DNA of 64,000 nucleotides. Source: an uncultured Bacteroidota bacterium (GTDB lineage Bacteria > Bacteroidota > Ignavibacteria > Kryptoniales > JAKASW01). The DNA lies in the NCBI GenBank assembly GCA_963703365.1, contig OY969815.1, positions 1,856,605 through 1,920,604 on the forward strand, read 5' to 3'. The notes under the pieces were generated by a model that saw nothing but the letters and a program-made list of their open reading frames with translations, did no database searches and was not told the DNA's origin. The translations under genes and the position numbers were made by a program. How positions within the stretch are numbered: position 1 is the stretch's first letter; every line of letters starts with the position of its first letter. Shown one piece after another: positions 8,516-17,925 of the stretch.

Positions 8516-8846
8516 GAGCTTTCTTCAGCAGTTGTTCAATGTTTGCGACATAATCCATCGTATCATCAATGAAAAAGGCAATCTCCGGTGTAAATCTTAA
8601 TCTGACTTTATGACCGATAAACTGTCGTATCTCTTTTTTCGCTTCATTTAACAGGAAGAGCGTCCGTTCTTTCACCTTCGTATCACCAAAGACGCTCACA
8701 TAAATTTTTGCAAGCCGCAGATCGGGTGACATGGATACCTTTGTAATTGTGATGAACCCCATCTCCGAAGTTCTGTAATCACGTTCCATCAACAGGCTGA
8801 TTTCTTCTTTTATAAGGTGACCAACTTTTTCAGTTCTTACAGACAT
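8496..8846 (-). CDS. rbfA: ribosome-binding factor A
   Basis: 116 aa. RbfA-like sequence (ITITKVSMSPDLRLAKIYVSV) in the expected position between infB and truB. Confidence 0.9.
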   Translation of the reverse strand: MSVRTEKVGHLIKEEISLLMERDYRTSEMGFITITKVSMSPDLRLAKIYVSVFGDTKVKERTLFLLNEAKKEIRQFIGHKVRLRFTPEIAFFIDDTMDYVANIEQLLKKAHENDGK

Positions 8847-8860
8847 TTCAAAATTAAATT

Positions 8861-11749
8861 CTAAATTGACGCGAGCGTGCGTTGTGTTTCAACCACCGTG
8901 AAAGCTTCAATTGTGTCGCCAACTTTTATGTCGTTAAAGTCCTCGAGACCCAAACCGCACTCGTAGCCTTCTTCAACTTCTCTCACATCATCTTTGAATC
9001 TCTTCAGCGACGAGATGTTTCCTTCAAAGACAAGTATTCCATCGCGCACGAGCCTTACACGATTGTTTCTTTGAATTTTTCCATCGGTCACATGGCATCC
9101 GGCGACTGTTCCGACCTTCGGAACTTTGAATACCTGCCGGACTTCAACCGAGCCTACAATATCTTCTCTAAGATCTGGGCTGAGCAAGCCTTCGAGACCT
9201 TTGCGAACGTTATCGATGGCATCATATATGATGCTGTATAATTTTATATCGACAGATTCGGTTTCGGCCAACTTCCTTGCAGCAGAACTCGGTCTAACAT
9301 GGAATCCAAGTATGATTGCGTTCGATGCAGTTGCAAGGAGAACATCAGATTCGGAAATCGCGCCTACGGCTTTGTGGATCACTTGGACCCTGACTTCATC
9401 GTTCGACAATTTTGCCAGAGCATCGCTCAACGCCTCAACAGAACCATCCACATCGCCTTTGACAACGATGTTAAGTTGTTTGATCATTCCTTCTTTTATT
9501 TCTTTCGAAAGGTCCTCAAGCGTAACATGGTGCTGGGTCCCACGCATCTCCTGTTCGCGTTTAATTATCTTTCTTCTATTGCTGATATCGCGCGCAACCT
9601 TTTCGTTGGCAAAAGCGACCATAACGTCACCTGCAAGCGGAAGTTCATCAAAACCTACAACCTGGACAGGCATCGCCGAAGACGCCTCTTCAATCCTGTT
9701 ACCACGCTCGTCAGTCATCGCACGAACTTTTCCACTGCTTGTGCCAGCGACAAACGCATCTCCGACAGACAATGTGCCTTTCTGCACAAGCACCGTCGCG
9801 ACTGCACCGCGTCCTTTATCAAGAGTGGATTCGATAACCACTCCTTTTGCGAGACGATCCGGGTTTGCCTTCAAATCAAGTATTTCCGCTTCCAACAAAA
9901 CTTTCTCGAGCAGAAGTTCAACGTTCGTTCCTTTCTTCGCGGAAATTTCAACTGATTGAGTTTTGCCGCCCCATTCTTCGAGGAGGACGCCATGATCGGA
10001 AAGCTGCTTACGAATTTTATCGGGGTTTGCCTCCGGCCGGTCTATTTTATTAATCGCAACGATCAACGGCACATTCGCTGCGCGAGCATGATTAATCGCC
10101 TCGATTGTCTGCGGCATAACATTGTCGTCGGCAGCAACAACTATAATAACGATGTCCGTCGCTTGCGCTCCGCGTGCGCGCATCGCAGTAAATGCCTCAT
10201 GGCCTGGGGTGTCGAGAAATGTTATGTGTTTCCCGTTTTTCAATCGAACCTGATACGCACCGATGTGCTGAGTAATGCCTCCAGCTTCGCCGGCAACTAC
10301 GTTAGTTTGCCTGACAAAATCAAGAAGAGATGTCTTACCATGGTCAACGTGTCCCATGATCGTGACAACAGGGGGACGCGGTTTCAGAGTTTCCGCGGGA
10401 TCAATCGTATCCTCAAGCACTTCGTCGGTGTACGCCTCCTGCAGCTCGACTTCATAGCCGAAGTCATCGGCAAGCAAGGTTATTGTCTCTAAATCCAACC
10501 TTTGGTTAATAGAAACCATCAAACCAAACGAAATACATTTTGAAATGACCTCAGCGACATCAACATCCATTAACTTTGCAAGCTCGCCGACTGAAACAAA
10601 TTGCGGTAGCTTCAGCTTGCGCTTCTCTATCTCCTGTTTTTCAACCTCACGCTGTGCTGCTTCAAATTTTTCTTTTCTCTTCTTTTTCCGATTTGCCGCT
10701 CGCTCGGATTCACCGGCATCCTCCAAACTTGCCATGGTTCGCTGGAAAGCAATTTCAACCTCCGCTTCATCGACATCCGGATGTTTGCCTTTTTTCTTTT
10801 TGCGCTTCTTCAGGTCTTCTTCAGTAATTTCTGCAGCTACCGGAGGTTCGACAGCACTCTCTTCACGAATTTTTTTCTTTTTCTTTTTCTTCTTCTTGTG
10901 AGTCTGTGATTCTGTTTCTAATTCTGCAGCGGCTTCTTTGGTCTTTTTCTCAGCTTCTTCAAGCTCTTTTCGTAATCGCAACTCCTCTTCGGTAATCATT
11001 CGGCCAGTTCGAAGATCGATCCTGCCGCGTATTTTCAGTCCCCCCATCTCTCCTCTTTTTGTCGAAATAGGTGTTTGCGATTTATCTTTCGACTCGGTTG
11101 CAGCAGCTTCGGTCTCTGCAAGATGGGTTTCCGACTTCTTCACCCTTTCTGTGTGAACCGGATGATTCTCCGTCACTTCTGTAAGTTGTTCGACTTCTTC
11201 CGTAAGCGGAATCTCAGATTTGGACTCCTGTTCTTTGTGGCTCCCGCTCTTGCGCAAAGTAACCTTTTCATCGGGAGTTCTTTTCTCCTTCGCTTCTTTT
11301 ATCTGAAATACTTGTTCTTTGGAAACGACCGCTCCTTCGATAATTTTCGCTTCAGTTGTAAAGGACTCTCTTTTCAGAGTTGTCTCCACTCCTGCTGGCG
11401 GAGCCTCGGTCTTCCCAACCAAATCCCGTTCGTGATGGCGTGCCGCTTCGTGAGCCTCAGTACCAGAACGTCTTTCAATAGTAACGGTGTCGACAAGTTT
11501 CTTCACCACTACTTTTTCTTCTTGATTCTCGGTAAGCTGTTCCTTGATTTTCTGGCGCTTTCCGACTTGATCCAGCTCCTTCTTATAATGTGCAACAATT
11601 TCCTTGTACATCTTTTCGTCAACAGAAGATGTGCGCTTTACTTTATCGTGTCCTTTGCTGATAAGGAATTCAACAATGTCGTCTGAAGAGACCTGAAATT
11701 CAGAAGCGACTTTTGTTACGAGTTTTTTCTTGAATGTGCTTTCCGCCAT
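8861..11749 (-). CDS. infB: translation initiation factor IF-2
   Basis: 962 aa. Long charged N-terminal region, then a GTPase core ([24 protein letters not shown]). Confidence 0.97.
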   Translation of the reverse strand: MAESTFKKKLVTKVASEFQVSSDDIVEFLISKGHDKVKRTSSVDEKMYKEIVAHYKKELDQVGKRQKIKEQLTENQEEKVVVKKLVDTVTIERRSGTEAHEAARHHERDLVGKTEAPPAGVETTLKRESFTTEAKIIEGAVVSKEQVFQIKEAKEKRTPDEKVTLRKSGSHKEQESKSEIPLTEEVEQLTEVTENHPVHTERVKKSETHLAETEAAATESKDKSQTPISTKRGEMGGLKIRGRIDLRTGRMITEEELRLRKELEEAEKKTKEAAAELETESQTHKKKKKKKKKIREESAVEPPVAAEITEEDLKKRKKKKGKHPDVDEAEVEIAFQRTMASLEDAGESERAANRKKKRKEKFEAAQREVEKQEIEKRKLKLPQFVSVGELAKLMDVDVAEVISKCISFGLMVSINQRLDLETITLLADDFGYEVELQEAYTDEVLEDTIDPAETLKPRPPVVTIMGHVDHGKTSLLDFVRQTNVVAGEAGGITQHIGAYQVRLKNGKHITFLDTPGHEAFTAMRARGAQATDIVIIVVAADDNVMPQTIEAINHARAANVPLIVAINKIDRPEANPDKIRKQLSDHGVLLEEWGGKTQSVEISAKKGTNVELLLEKVLLEAEILDLKANPDRLAKGVVIESTLDKGRGAVATVLVQKGTLSVGDAFVAGTSSGKVRAMTDERGNRIEEASSAMPVQVVGFDELPLAGDVMVAFANEKVARDISNRRKIIKREQEMRGTQHHVTLEDLSKEIKEGMIKQLNIVVKGDVDGSVEALSDALAKLSNDEVRVQVIHKAVGAISESDVLLATASNAIILGFHVRPSSAARKLAETESVDIKLYSIIYDAIDNVRKGLEGLLSPDLREDIVGSVEVRQVFKVPKVGTVAGCHVTDGKIQRNNRVRLVRDGILVFEGNISSLKRFKDDVREVEEGYECGLGLEDFNDIKVGDTIEAFTVVETQRTLASI

Positions 11750-11771
11750 GCCGAGTCTTTCTTTCTAAGCT

Positions 11772-13208
11772 CTACTTTTCCTTTTCCAGTACGTTGTCTT
11801 CCGCAGCATTTGAAGATTCCTCTTTTAAAGTCTCCGCGGGAGTCGAGATTCCCTCAGAAGGTCGGAGGCCCTTTTCCTGAGATTCACTTTTCTCAGATTG
11901 GCTTTCAGATCCATTCTCGACTTCGCTCTCCGGCTCTTCCTCAAGTTCCTTGCGCATCATTTCTTTTATCTTCTCAATTTCCTCTTGAGAAATTTTTATG
12001 TCAGCTTGAACTTCTTCTTCCGTCGCGTCGAGAACATTCCTCGCGGTCATGTAGCCGGCATCGAGGAATTTTGTCAGAAGTTCATCTCCAAGCTCTTCTT
12101 TGAATTCGGAAAGATCAATATCGTACTCTTCAGCTTTTTGCTTCTCACGAACTTTCGATTCGACAGCAACGGTTTCTCTCATAAGGTCAATATCAAATCC
12201 GGTCAGCCGCGAAGCTAACTTCACGTTGACACCTTCTTTGCCAATAGCGATCGACTCTTGATTATTATCAACCCAGACTTGGGCTTTGTGGTTTTGGATA
12301 TCTACTTCGACTCTCGCGACTTTTGCGGGAGTAAGCGACCGCTCCACAAAAACCGCTGGCTCATCAGAGTAAGGTAGCACATCGATATTTTCATTATTCA
12401 GCTCACGAACGATCGAATGAATTCTCACTCCCTTCATTCCAACGCACGCACCGACGGCATCCACTCTCGAATCCGTCGAAACTACTGCAACCTTTGCTCT
12501 CTTGCCCGGGTCACGCGCTATTGCTTTTATTTCGACTACGCCGTCGAAAATTTCCGGGATCTCCATCTCAAATAACTTTTTTAGAAACATCGGGTCTGCC
12601 CTGGAAATAACCACCTGCGGACCAGTTGTACCCTTACGCACTTCTTTAACCACCGCGCGTATTGTGGAATTTTTCCTGTAATGTTCATTCGCAATCTGTT
12701 CCGAGCGCGGAAGAAAAAGTTCACGTCTGTTATGATTCACAAGTATGAAGTCGCGCTTCACCTGATAAATTTCTCCGACCACGATCTCGCCAATCATTTT
12801 ATTGTATTCGTCATAGATGACATTCTTTTCGTATTCATGCAGGCGCTGCAAAAATGTCTGCCGCGCAAAAACGACATACCGTCTTCCAAGTTCCTCAGGA
12901 GAAACTTCTTCAGGATACTGGTCGCCGATTTCAAACTCGCCGTCCGGATCAATTTGCTTGACTGCCTCAAGGCTGATTTCTTTGGCGGGATTTTCTACAT
13001 GATCCACGATTGTTTTGATGACGAAGATTTCAATCTCTCCGCGGTCAGCATTGGTGACAATATCAGTTTCAACATCCTCACCATATTTCTTCTTCACGAT
13101 CCCAGAAAAGACTTCTTCGAGAATTTGCGAAACGACTTCTTTGTCTATGCCTTTCTCCTTTGCGATTTCTGCCGCTGCAGATATAATCTCACTTTTATCG
13201 TTACTCAT
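11772..13208 (-). CDS. nusA: transcription termination/antitermination factor NusA
   Basis: 478 aa. S1 and KH regions (GACVGMKGVRI), then an acidic C-terminal tail. Confidence 0.97.
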   Translation of the reverse strand: MSNDKSEIISAAAEIAKEKGIDKEVVSQILEEVFSGIVKKKYGEDVETDIVTNADRGEIEIFVIKTIVDHVENPAKEISLEAVKQIDPDGEFEIGDQYPEEVSPEELGRRYVVFARQTFLQRLHEYEKNVIYDEYNKMIGEIVVGEIYQVKRDFILVNHNRRELFLPRSEQIANEHYRKNSTIRAVVKEVRKGTTGPQVVISRADPMFLKKLFEMEIPEIFDGVVEIKAIARDPGKRAKVAVVSTDSRVDAVGACVGMKGVRIHSIVRELNNENIDVLPYSDEPAVFVERSLTPAKVARVEVDIQNHKAQVWVDNNQESIAIGKEGVNVKLASRLTGFDIDLMRETVAVESKVREKQKAEEYDIDLSEFKEELGDELLTKFLDAGYMTARNVLDATEEEVQADIKISQEEIEKIKEMMRKELEEEPESEVENGSESQSEKSESQEKGLRPSEGISTPAETLKEESSNAAEDNVLEKEK

Positions 13209-13220
13209 TAAACTCTCCTG

Positions 13221-13679
13221 TCACCATCTTATTTTTACCACTGCTTCCTCAATTGAGTCGAATCCGACTTTAACCGGACCTGTTCCAGCCGCTATTGTTA
13301 TCTCCTCATCTGTCAAGTCTATCATATCGCCTTCGATCTGTCTCCCTTCGAGTCCATCATGGTATTTAACGGACATCAGCTTGCCGATATTTCTTTTAAA
13401 TTGTCTTTTGTGTTTCAGAGGAACGCCGACTCCAGGGGAAGAGACTTCCAATCGAAAATTATCTCCGACAACTTTTGATGAATCAACCAATGGCAATATT
13501 TCTCTGCTGATCCCAGCACATTCATCGATAGTAATTCCTTTTTCAGTTTCACAATACACTTCAATTAACTCTCGTCTTGCATCTCCCTTTAAGGAAACGT
13601 CCACCAAAAAGGCGCCGCGATTTTCAATTGCCGATTTCAGCAATCCTTTCAGTTTCTCTATTTTCTCGCTTTTTTCCAT
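13221..13679 (-). CDS. rimP: ribosome maturation factor RimP
   Basis: The track ORF 13221-13742 starts at a TTG. The ATG at 13679 (MEKSEKIEKLKGLLKSAIENRGAFLVDVSLKG) matches the usual RimP N-terminus, so I take it as the start. Confidence 0.85.
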   Translation of the reverse strand: MEKSEKIEKLKGLLKSAIENRGAFLVDVSLKGDARRELIEVYCETEKGITIDECAGISREILPLVDSSKVVGDNFRLEVSSPGVGVPLKHKRQFKRNIGKLMSVKYHDGLEGRQIEGDMIDLTDEEITIAAGTGPVKVGFDSIEEAVVKIRW

Positions 13680-14004
13680 TTCCTCTAAAAAAATAGCCCA
13701 GAAATTCCGGGCTATGTGTCGGAGCGTTATAATATATGTCAAAGTAACTGCTTATTCAACTTATCATTGTGTCATCTCGCGCGCATAATGAGAAATAGCC
13801 CGAGTTTCAATCAAAAAGTCAGCGAGTCGTAAAGCCAGAATCGGAAAAAATGTCTTCATATATGCTTTTGGCAGAAATTCTTTGCGAAAATTATCTCATT
13901 TTATCAAAATCCTTTGCTGAGCACTATGAGCAATTAAGCGAGTTGCTTTTGAAAATATTTCCCAGTAATATTAGGATAATAATCAAAGAAAGGAGAGGGT
14001 TATC

Positions 14005-14664
14005 ATGTCAGCGTTAAAACTTCTTCCGTTATTCGCGCTGGCAGCTTTTATGATCGGCTGCTCGACACTGGGAGGATTAGAATCAAACATTGTCCCACCC
14101 ACTTTGATTGAAAAGACTTCACTTCCGCCGACACCGCCAACCGTCGATGCAAGAAATTTTTACCTGAAATTGGAATTGTTGATCAGCAAAGAGGGTAAGG
14201 TACTACATGCCACTTTACAAAATGCAAGCGGCGACCGGCACTGGGATTCATTGGCAGTGCAGAGTATCATGCAATGGAAGTATGCTCCGGCAACATCTAA
14301 CGGCAAACCAATTCAACTGAAGATCGAACAATCTGCAAAGGTTATTGTTACTCCTCCTGTAATGATGCAACTTTGCGAAATTGTTTGTCCAACATTAGCC
14401 GAAGCGGATTCGGTTTACTCCGCATTAGCAAAAGGGGCCACTTTCGACTCGTTGGCAAAAGCATATTCAATTTCGAGTTCAGCTGCCGCGGGAGGTAACC
14501 TTGGAAAAATCGATATTCATAATTACCAGGATGAGATTGAATCGGTGCTCAAAGAATTGAAGCCGGGAGAATTTACCCATCCACTGCCATGGGGACAGAA
14601 CTATGTGATTTACAGAAGGCAGGCTGCCGACAACTCCACAACATATAAGGGTCCACGGAATTAG
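14005..14664 (+). CDS. lipoprotein combining a TonB-C-like domain and a parvulin (PpiC) PPIase-like domain
   Basis: 219 aa. Signal peptide plus lipobox (AAFMIGCS). Central GKVLHATLQNASGDRHWDSLAVQSIMQWKYAPATSNGKPI resembles TonB_C. The C-terminal AEADSVYSALAKGATFDSLAKAYS...GGNLGKID...LKPGEFTHPL..QNYVIY resembles PpiC rotamase. Strong RBS AAAGGAGAGGG. Confidence 0.6.
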   Translation: MSALKLLPLFALAAFMIGCSTLGGLESNIVPPTLIEKTSLPPTPPTVDARNFYLKLELLISKEGKVLHATLQNASGDRHWDSLAVQSIMQWKYAPATSNGKPIQLKIEQSAKVIVTPPVMMQLCEIVCPTLAEADSVYSALAKGATFDSLAKAYSISSSAAAGGNLGKIDIHNYQDEIESVLKELKPGEFTHPLPWGQNYVIYRRQAADNSTTYKGPRN

Positions 14665-14668
14665 ATTC

Positions 14669-14733
14669 AACTTTGCGAAGGTTTGGAAGATAGACAGTTA
14701 GCGTTGTCGAGTCAACCCAACTTTCGCAAGGTT
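14669..14733 (+). other. 15-bp stem (2 G-U pairs) with about 35-nt loop just after the lipoprotein gene
   Basis: AACTTTGCGAAGGTT (14669-14683) pairs fully with AACTTTCGCAAGGTT (14719-14733). No T tract follows. Confidence 0.4.
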
Positions 14734-14888
14734 ACAGCTCAGAGAATTGGCAGCATAATAAATTCAAAAAATTCCAATCGACTTTGCAACTTGCGGCACC
14801 GATTTGTAAATTAGTTATATAGTTTGTAGCTGATAGTTCATGACTCACAGAAATTTATTATAATATGAGCAATCAGCTATGATATATT

Positions 14889-14972
14889 GGAGGGTTGGCA
14901 GAATCGGCTAATGCACCGGTCTTGAAAACCGGCGCCCCTCGGGGCTTGGGGGTTCGAGTCCCTCACCCTCCG
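14889..14972 (+). tRNA. tRNA-Ser (anticodon UGA), long variable arm, CCA not encoded
   Basis: GGAGGGTTGGCAGAATCGGCTAATGCACCGGTCTTGAAAACCGGCGCCCCTCGGGGCTTGGGGGTTCGAGTCCCTCACCCTCCG. Acceptor stem GGAGGGT/ACCCTCC, anticodon stem-loop CCGGT-CTTGAAA-ACCGG. Confidence 0.9.
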
Positions 14973-15054
14973 CAGAATAGCGCAACATCTTGTGCGACTA
15001 GGACCTCTCTTCATGGCTATTCGAAAACGTGACGCAAACGTTACATGGTAACAG

Positions 15055-15091
15055 GTAAACAAAAGCCCGAACCGAGTTTCATGTTGTTTAC
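15055..15091 (+). terminator. hairpin after tRNA-Ser (GTAAACAA ... TTGTTTAC) followed by TTTAT
   Basis: 8-bp stem with a 21-nt loop and a short T-rich tail. Weak. Confidence 0.3.
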
Positions 15092-15158
15092 TTTATGCGC
15101 TATGAATTTTGAAGTGCGCTCATTCCGTCAGCTTGAGTTGCTGGTTAGGCGGCAGCTA

Positions 15159-16093
15159 TCACATGAGTTTTGACCACTCTTCGATTCGCTTTCGATGGTC
15201 ATCCCAAGCATTTTTGAGATTCGACATTTCTTCAGATTTTACCCAGGGTTCATCAAAATATTCAAGAACGTTGTATTGCGGAACGGCTAGTGGACCGCGA
15301 TCATTTTCAGCAAGAACATATTTGAGCACGAATGTCACGGCCCGATATAGGACTTTGTGACATTGCTCTATCTTATGTAATGTGACTCCATTTTGCTGGG
15401 TCCTATTTAATGGGTCGGCAAAGTGAGCGATGAATTTATCAGCGAACTTCTCAATATCTGTGCAAGTGTTAAGACTGTCACGAAATTCTTGCAGTATTTG
15501 GGGTTGAATCTTGTCTCGCCTGCTACGATTAGGCGCGATTATACCTGATCGAAGATTCTATGTAGCTGTTGAGAAGCAAAACAAGCATTCGGGCCAGTTT
15601 CGTCGTAACCTAAAACCCCACCAGAAGGTGGCAAATCGAGAAAAGCCTTTTCTTTTACAGGCTTAGGATCGTAAGGACGACCATGATTTGCGACGAAATT
15701 CTCTCGTGTAATCAGTACAAGGGATTTTTCCACGTCATCTAGAAGTCGTCTAACAGATATGACAGCCTTGTTTGGATCCGTCCAATTTTTCTCGCTTAAT
15801 GCTCTTATTGCTGTAGCCTGAATTGTGACAAAGCCAACATCAATAAGGGTAGAGACGTCTCCATTTATGTGAATCTCATCCGGATTTGCCTTTGCAGATA
15901 TCACACGAGCAGTATTAATCAGATTGAAGATTGCATGATACCAGATAATGCGATGAAGTTGATTCCAAATTGAGTTCGGATCGTTGCCATAAATCCATTC
16001 GAGCCAGATCTTTTTTTTATCCTGATATTTCGCGAGTGACCCTTTGTCGTGGACATCGCACTGAGAAGCATCATAGCTAATTGTGGATTTCAT
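15159..16093 (-). pseudogene. unknown-function gene split into two frames (184-aa ORF plus about 130 further codons with no start codon)
   Basis: ORF 15539-16093 ends at a TAA. A second minus-strand frame is open from 15557 to a stop at 15159-15161 (..IIAPNRSRRDKIQPQILQEFRDSLNTCTDIEKFADKFIAHFADPLNRTQQNG...EEWSKLM). That frame has no ATG or TTG, and its only GTG lies 59 codons from the end. The two frames overlap by 19 nt and are offset by -1. Confidence 0.5.
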
Positions 16094-16470
16094 CTAAGTA
16101 CCTTCGATTCTGCCGCCTAATTATATTTGCCCTGCCACACATCCGCATGACATCCAGCAGTAAGAATGTTATGTGCCATCGTCATTCGTGCCACGACACA
16201 ATTTATAAGGATAGTACCGAAGAAACGACCTTCTCCATGGACTTCAAGATTTGATTCACATATAGTGGTTTTGACTTCGGTTGGAGTTTACCCCGCGTTC
16301 TTTTGCGGGGGTTTAATTCGTTGAATTGAATTGTGGATAAATTGGACATAACCACATGTCGCTAGTGCTTGATATTGAAAGACGCTAACTTATCATTGGC
16401 ACTGGTGTGGCACATCATTTCCATATAGTCACCGCTCTCTTCGAATTTGAAGTCGATAAAAACATAAATA

Positions 16471-16539
16471 GGGCTGCCCCGCCACAAACGAGGGCGCTTG
16501 GGGAGGGCGCTTTGCCAAGGGATGTGGGCGGAACAGCCC
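16471..16539. repeat. GC-rich nested imperfect palindrome inside an AT-rich stretch
   Basis: GGGCTG-CC-CCGCC-ACA ... TGT-G-GGCGG-AA-CAGCCC closes an interior that carries a direct repeat AGGGCGC x2 and a CTTGG/CCAAG pair. It overlaps the doubtful 70-aa ORF 16362-16574. Confidence 0.4.
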
Positions 16540-16657
16540 TTTAGTATATAATACACGGTCATGATCTTCGTCATTGTTCAAAGACAAGTTCTGGGTTGGC
16601 AATCGTTAAAGACGATATGCCGCTTTGGTCGTTCATGCCACCACATCTTCGTTTGTC

Positions 16658-16946
16658 GTTGATCAAAACCGAAGTCAGCAGAATTCTAGAGGTCGAATCC
16701 CCACATTTCAGCAGAGGCAATGCATCTTGCGATATATTTTGCGTTGTCCCTGGCTGCTTCCTCGGATATCCCGGGGACGACTATATTCAGATCACCAGAC
16801 GAGTAAAAAAGGGGTCCCTGACACATCCCGGGCATATCATTATTCACCTTTTTCGCCTCGATAACCTGAATATCCCGAGACACTACTACTTCCCATTCTT
16901 CAATCTTGCAGGTTCCGGTTTGTTCGTTTTCTTGGTTTTTTTTCAT
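16658..16946 (-). repeat. inverted-repeat arm A (86-aa paralog gene plus 28 nt of 3' flank)
   Basis: Hand alignment to 19978-20266: 12 substitutions in the 261-nt coding part and 2 in the 28-nt flank. Confidence 0.85.
16686..16946 (-). CDS. 86-aa protein of unknown family, paralog A
   Basis: MKKNQENEQTGTCKIEEWEVVVSRDIQVIEAKKVNNDMPGMCQGPLFYSSGDLNIVVPGISEEAARDNAKYIARCIASAEMWGFDL. AGGAGA lies 4 nt upstream of this ATG. The track's 105-aa version (start 17003) is a less likely extension. Confidence 0.6.
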   Translation of the reverse strand: MKKNQENEQTGTCKIEEWEVVVSRDIQVIEAKKVNNDMPGMCQGPLFYSSGDLNIVVPGISEEAARDNAKYIARCIASAEMWGFDL

Positions 16947-17925
16947 TGATCTCCTGGTTATAACTAACTCATTTACTATCTCATGAGAAATGACGCGGGT
17001 CACATTAATATATCATGGCAAATTGAGGAATAACGTGACGTAAAATAGCGGGATCCAAAGAGCGGGACATCCCAACCCGTGATTATTAGCTCGTCGCGGC
17101 TAGCACCTTTTCGCTTGTCCCTATAGCCCAAAAAGATTTTCCCAAAAGCATTCAGGCAATCGTTTTCCAACCTGAATTGCATCATGGATATCCTGTGACA
17201 CTACTTTGGCTGAGGCTCAATTCTACGGCATAAGAAGGTATAACCAACAACCAATATTACAGACCTTATTATGACTTGAAATAAGTTGTACCCTAACTAT
17301 TTTGGAAAGGCGGAATGTTATGAAAGTTGACTGGCAGAAAATTGTACGAATCATCAGAATGATTCTGATTGGAAAATAATACCATGCAGGCTCCGAGTGG
17401 GGCCTGCCAATTATTAACGTCCCGTGCATTTATCAGGGTACGGTTCTATTTATCTCGTCATTAAACAAGACAACTTGGCGCTACAGTTGATCTGACAAAT
17501 AGTCTTGGATTCTGTGATTGATTTGGATTGCTGCTGTCCTGTATTTTGAACACCGCAATTGGAAAAAATTACCTGGGATTTTTCAGGCCTTCCCAAAAAG
17601 GTCTCACACACCATACATGTAAACAACAATATATCAATGACTTACGTCGGCGGTATTCTCACACCAAGAACTATTTATTCATGGCATCACTTTCGCATTA
17701 AAGAGAGTAGAAAATATGAACAACGAAAATAATAAGGACTCGAAGACACAATGTTTTTCTTAGTGGCAGAGTTGATGCTCACAGCCACAACATCATACGC
17801 ATGGAGACGAATAACCACTATCGCAACTGTTACTTAAAATTTTGGAAAAAATAACGATAAAACATTAAAGTAAAAGTTTGTATCAGAAATAAGTTAAATA
17901 TTAGAAATGGAGGTCTGTCATTACC

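Noticed and set aside
10870-10898. Long homopurine/homopyrimidine run (nine consecutive Lys codons in infB), considered as a slippage or phase-variation tract.
   Set aside because: It is in frame within the low-complexity charged linker of IF-2. It is a mix of AAG and AAA codons, not a pure homopolymer, so it is an ordinary feature of IF-2 N-terminal regions.
16362-16574. 70-aa minus-strand ORF.
   Set aside because: Its central third is encoded by a GC-rich nested palindrome. It has no RBS and no motif, so it is probably not coding. It is kept only as context for the palindrome finding.
16596-16949. 117-aa and 79-aa plus-strand ORFs, and their mirror 84-aa ORF at 20060-20314.
   Set aside because: They are antisense to the two 86-aa paralogs. 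The substitution pattern between the copies is synonymous-biased in the paralog frame, and only that frame has an RBS.
17000-17429. 61-aa and 68-aa minus-strand ORFs upstream of paralog A.
   Set aside because: The sequences are hydrophobic or low-complexity, have weak or no RBS and show no motifs. I cannot support them as genes.
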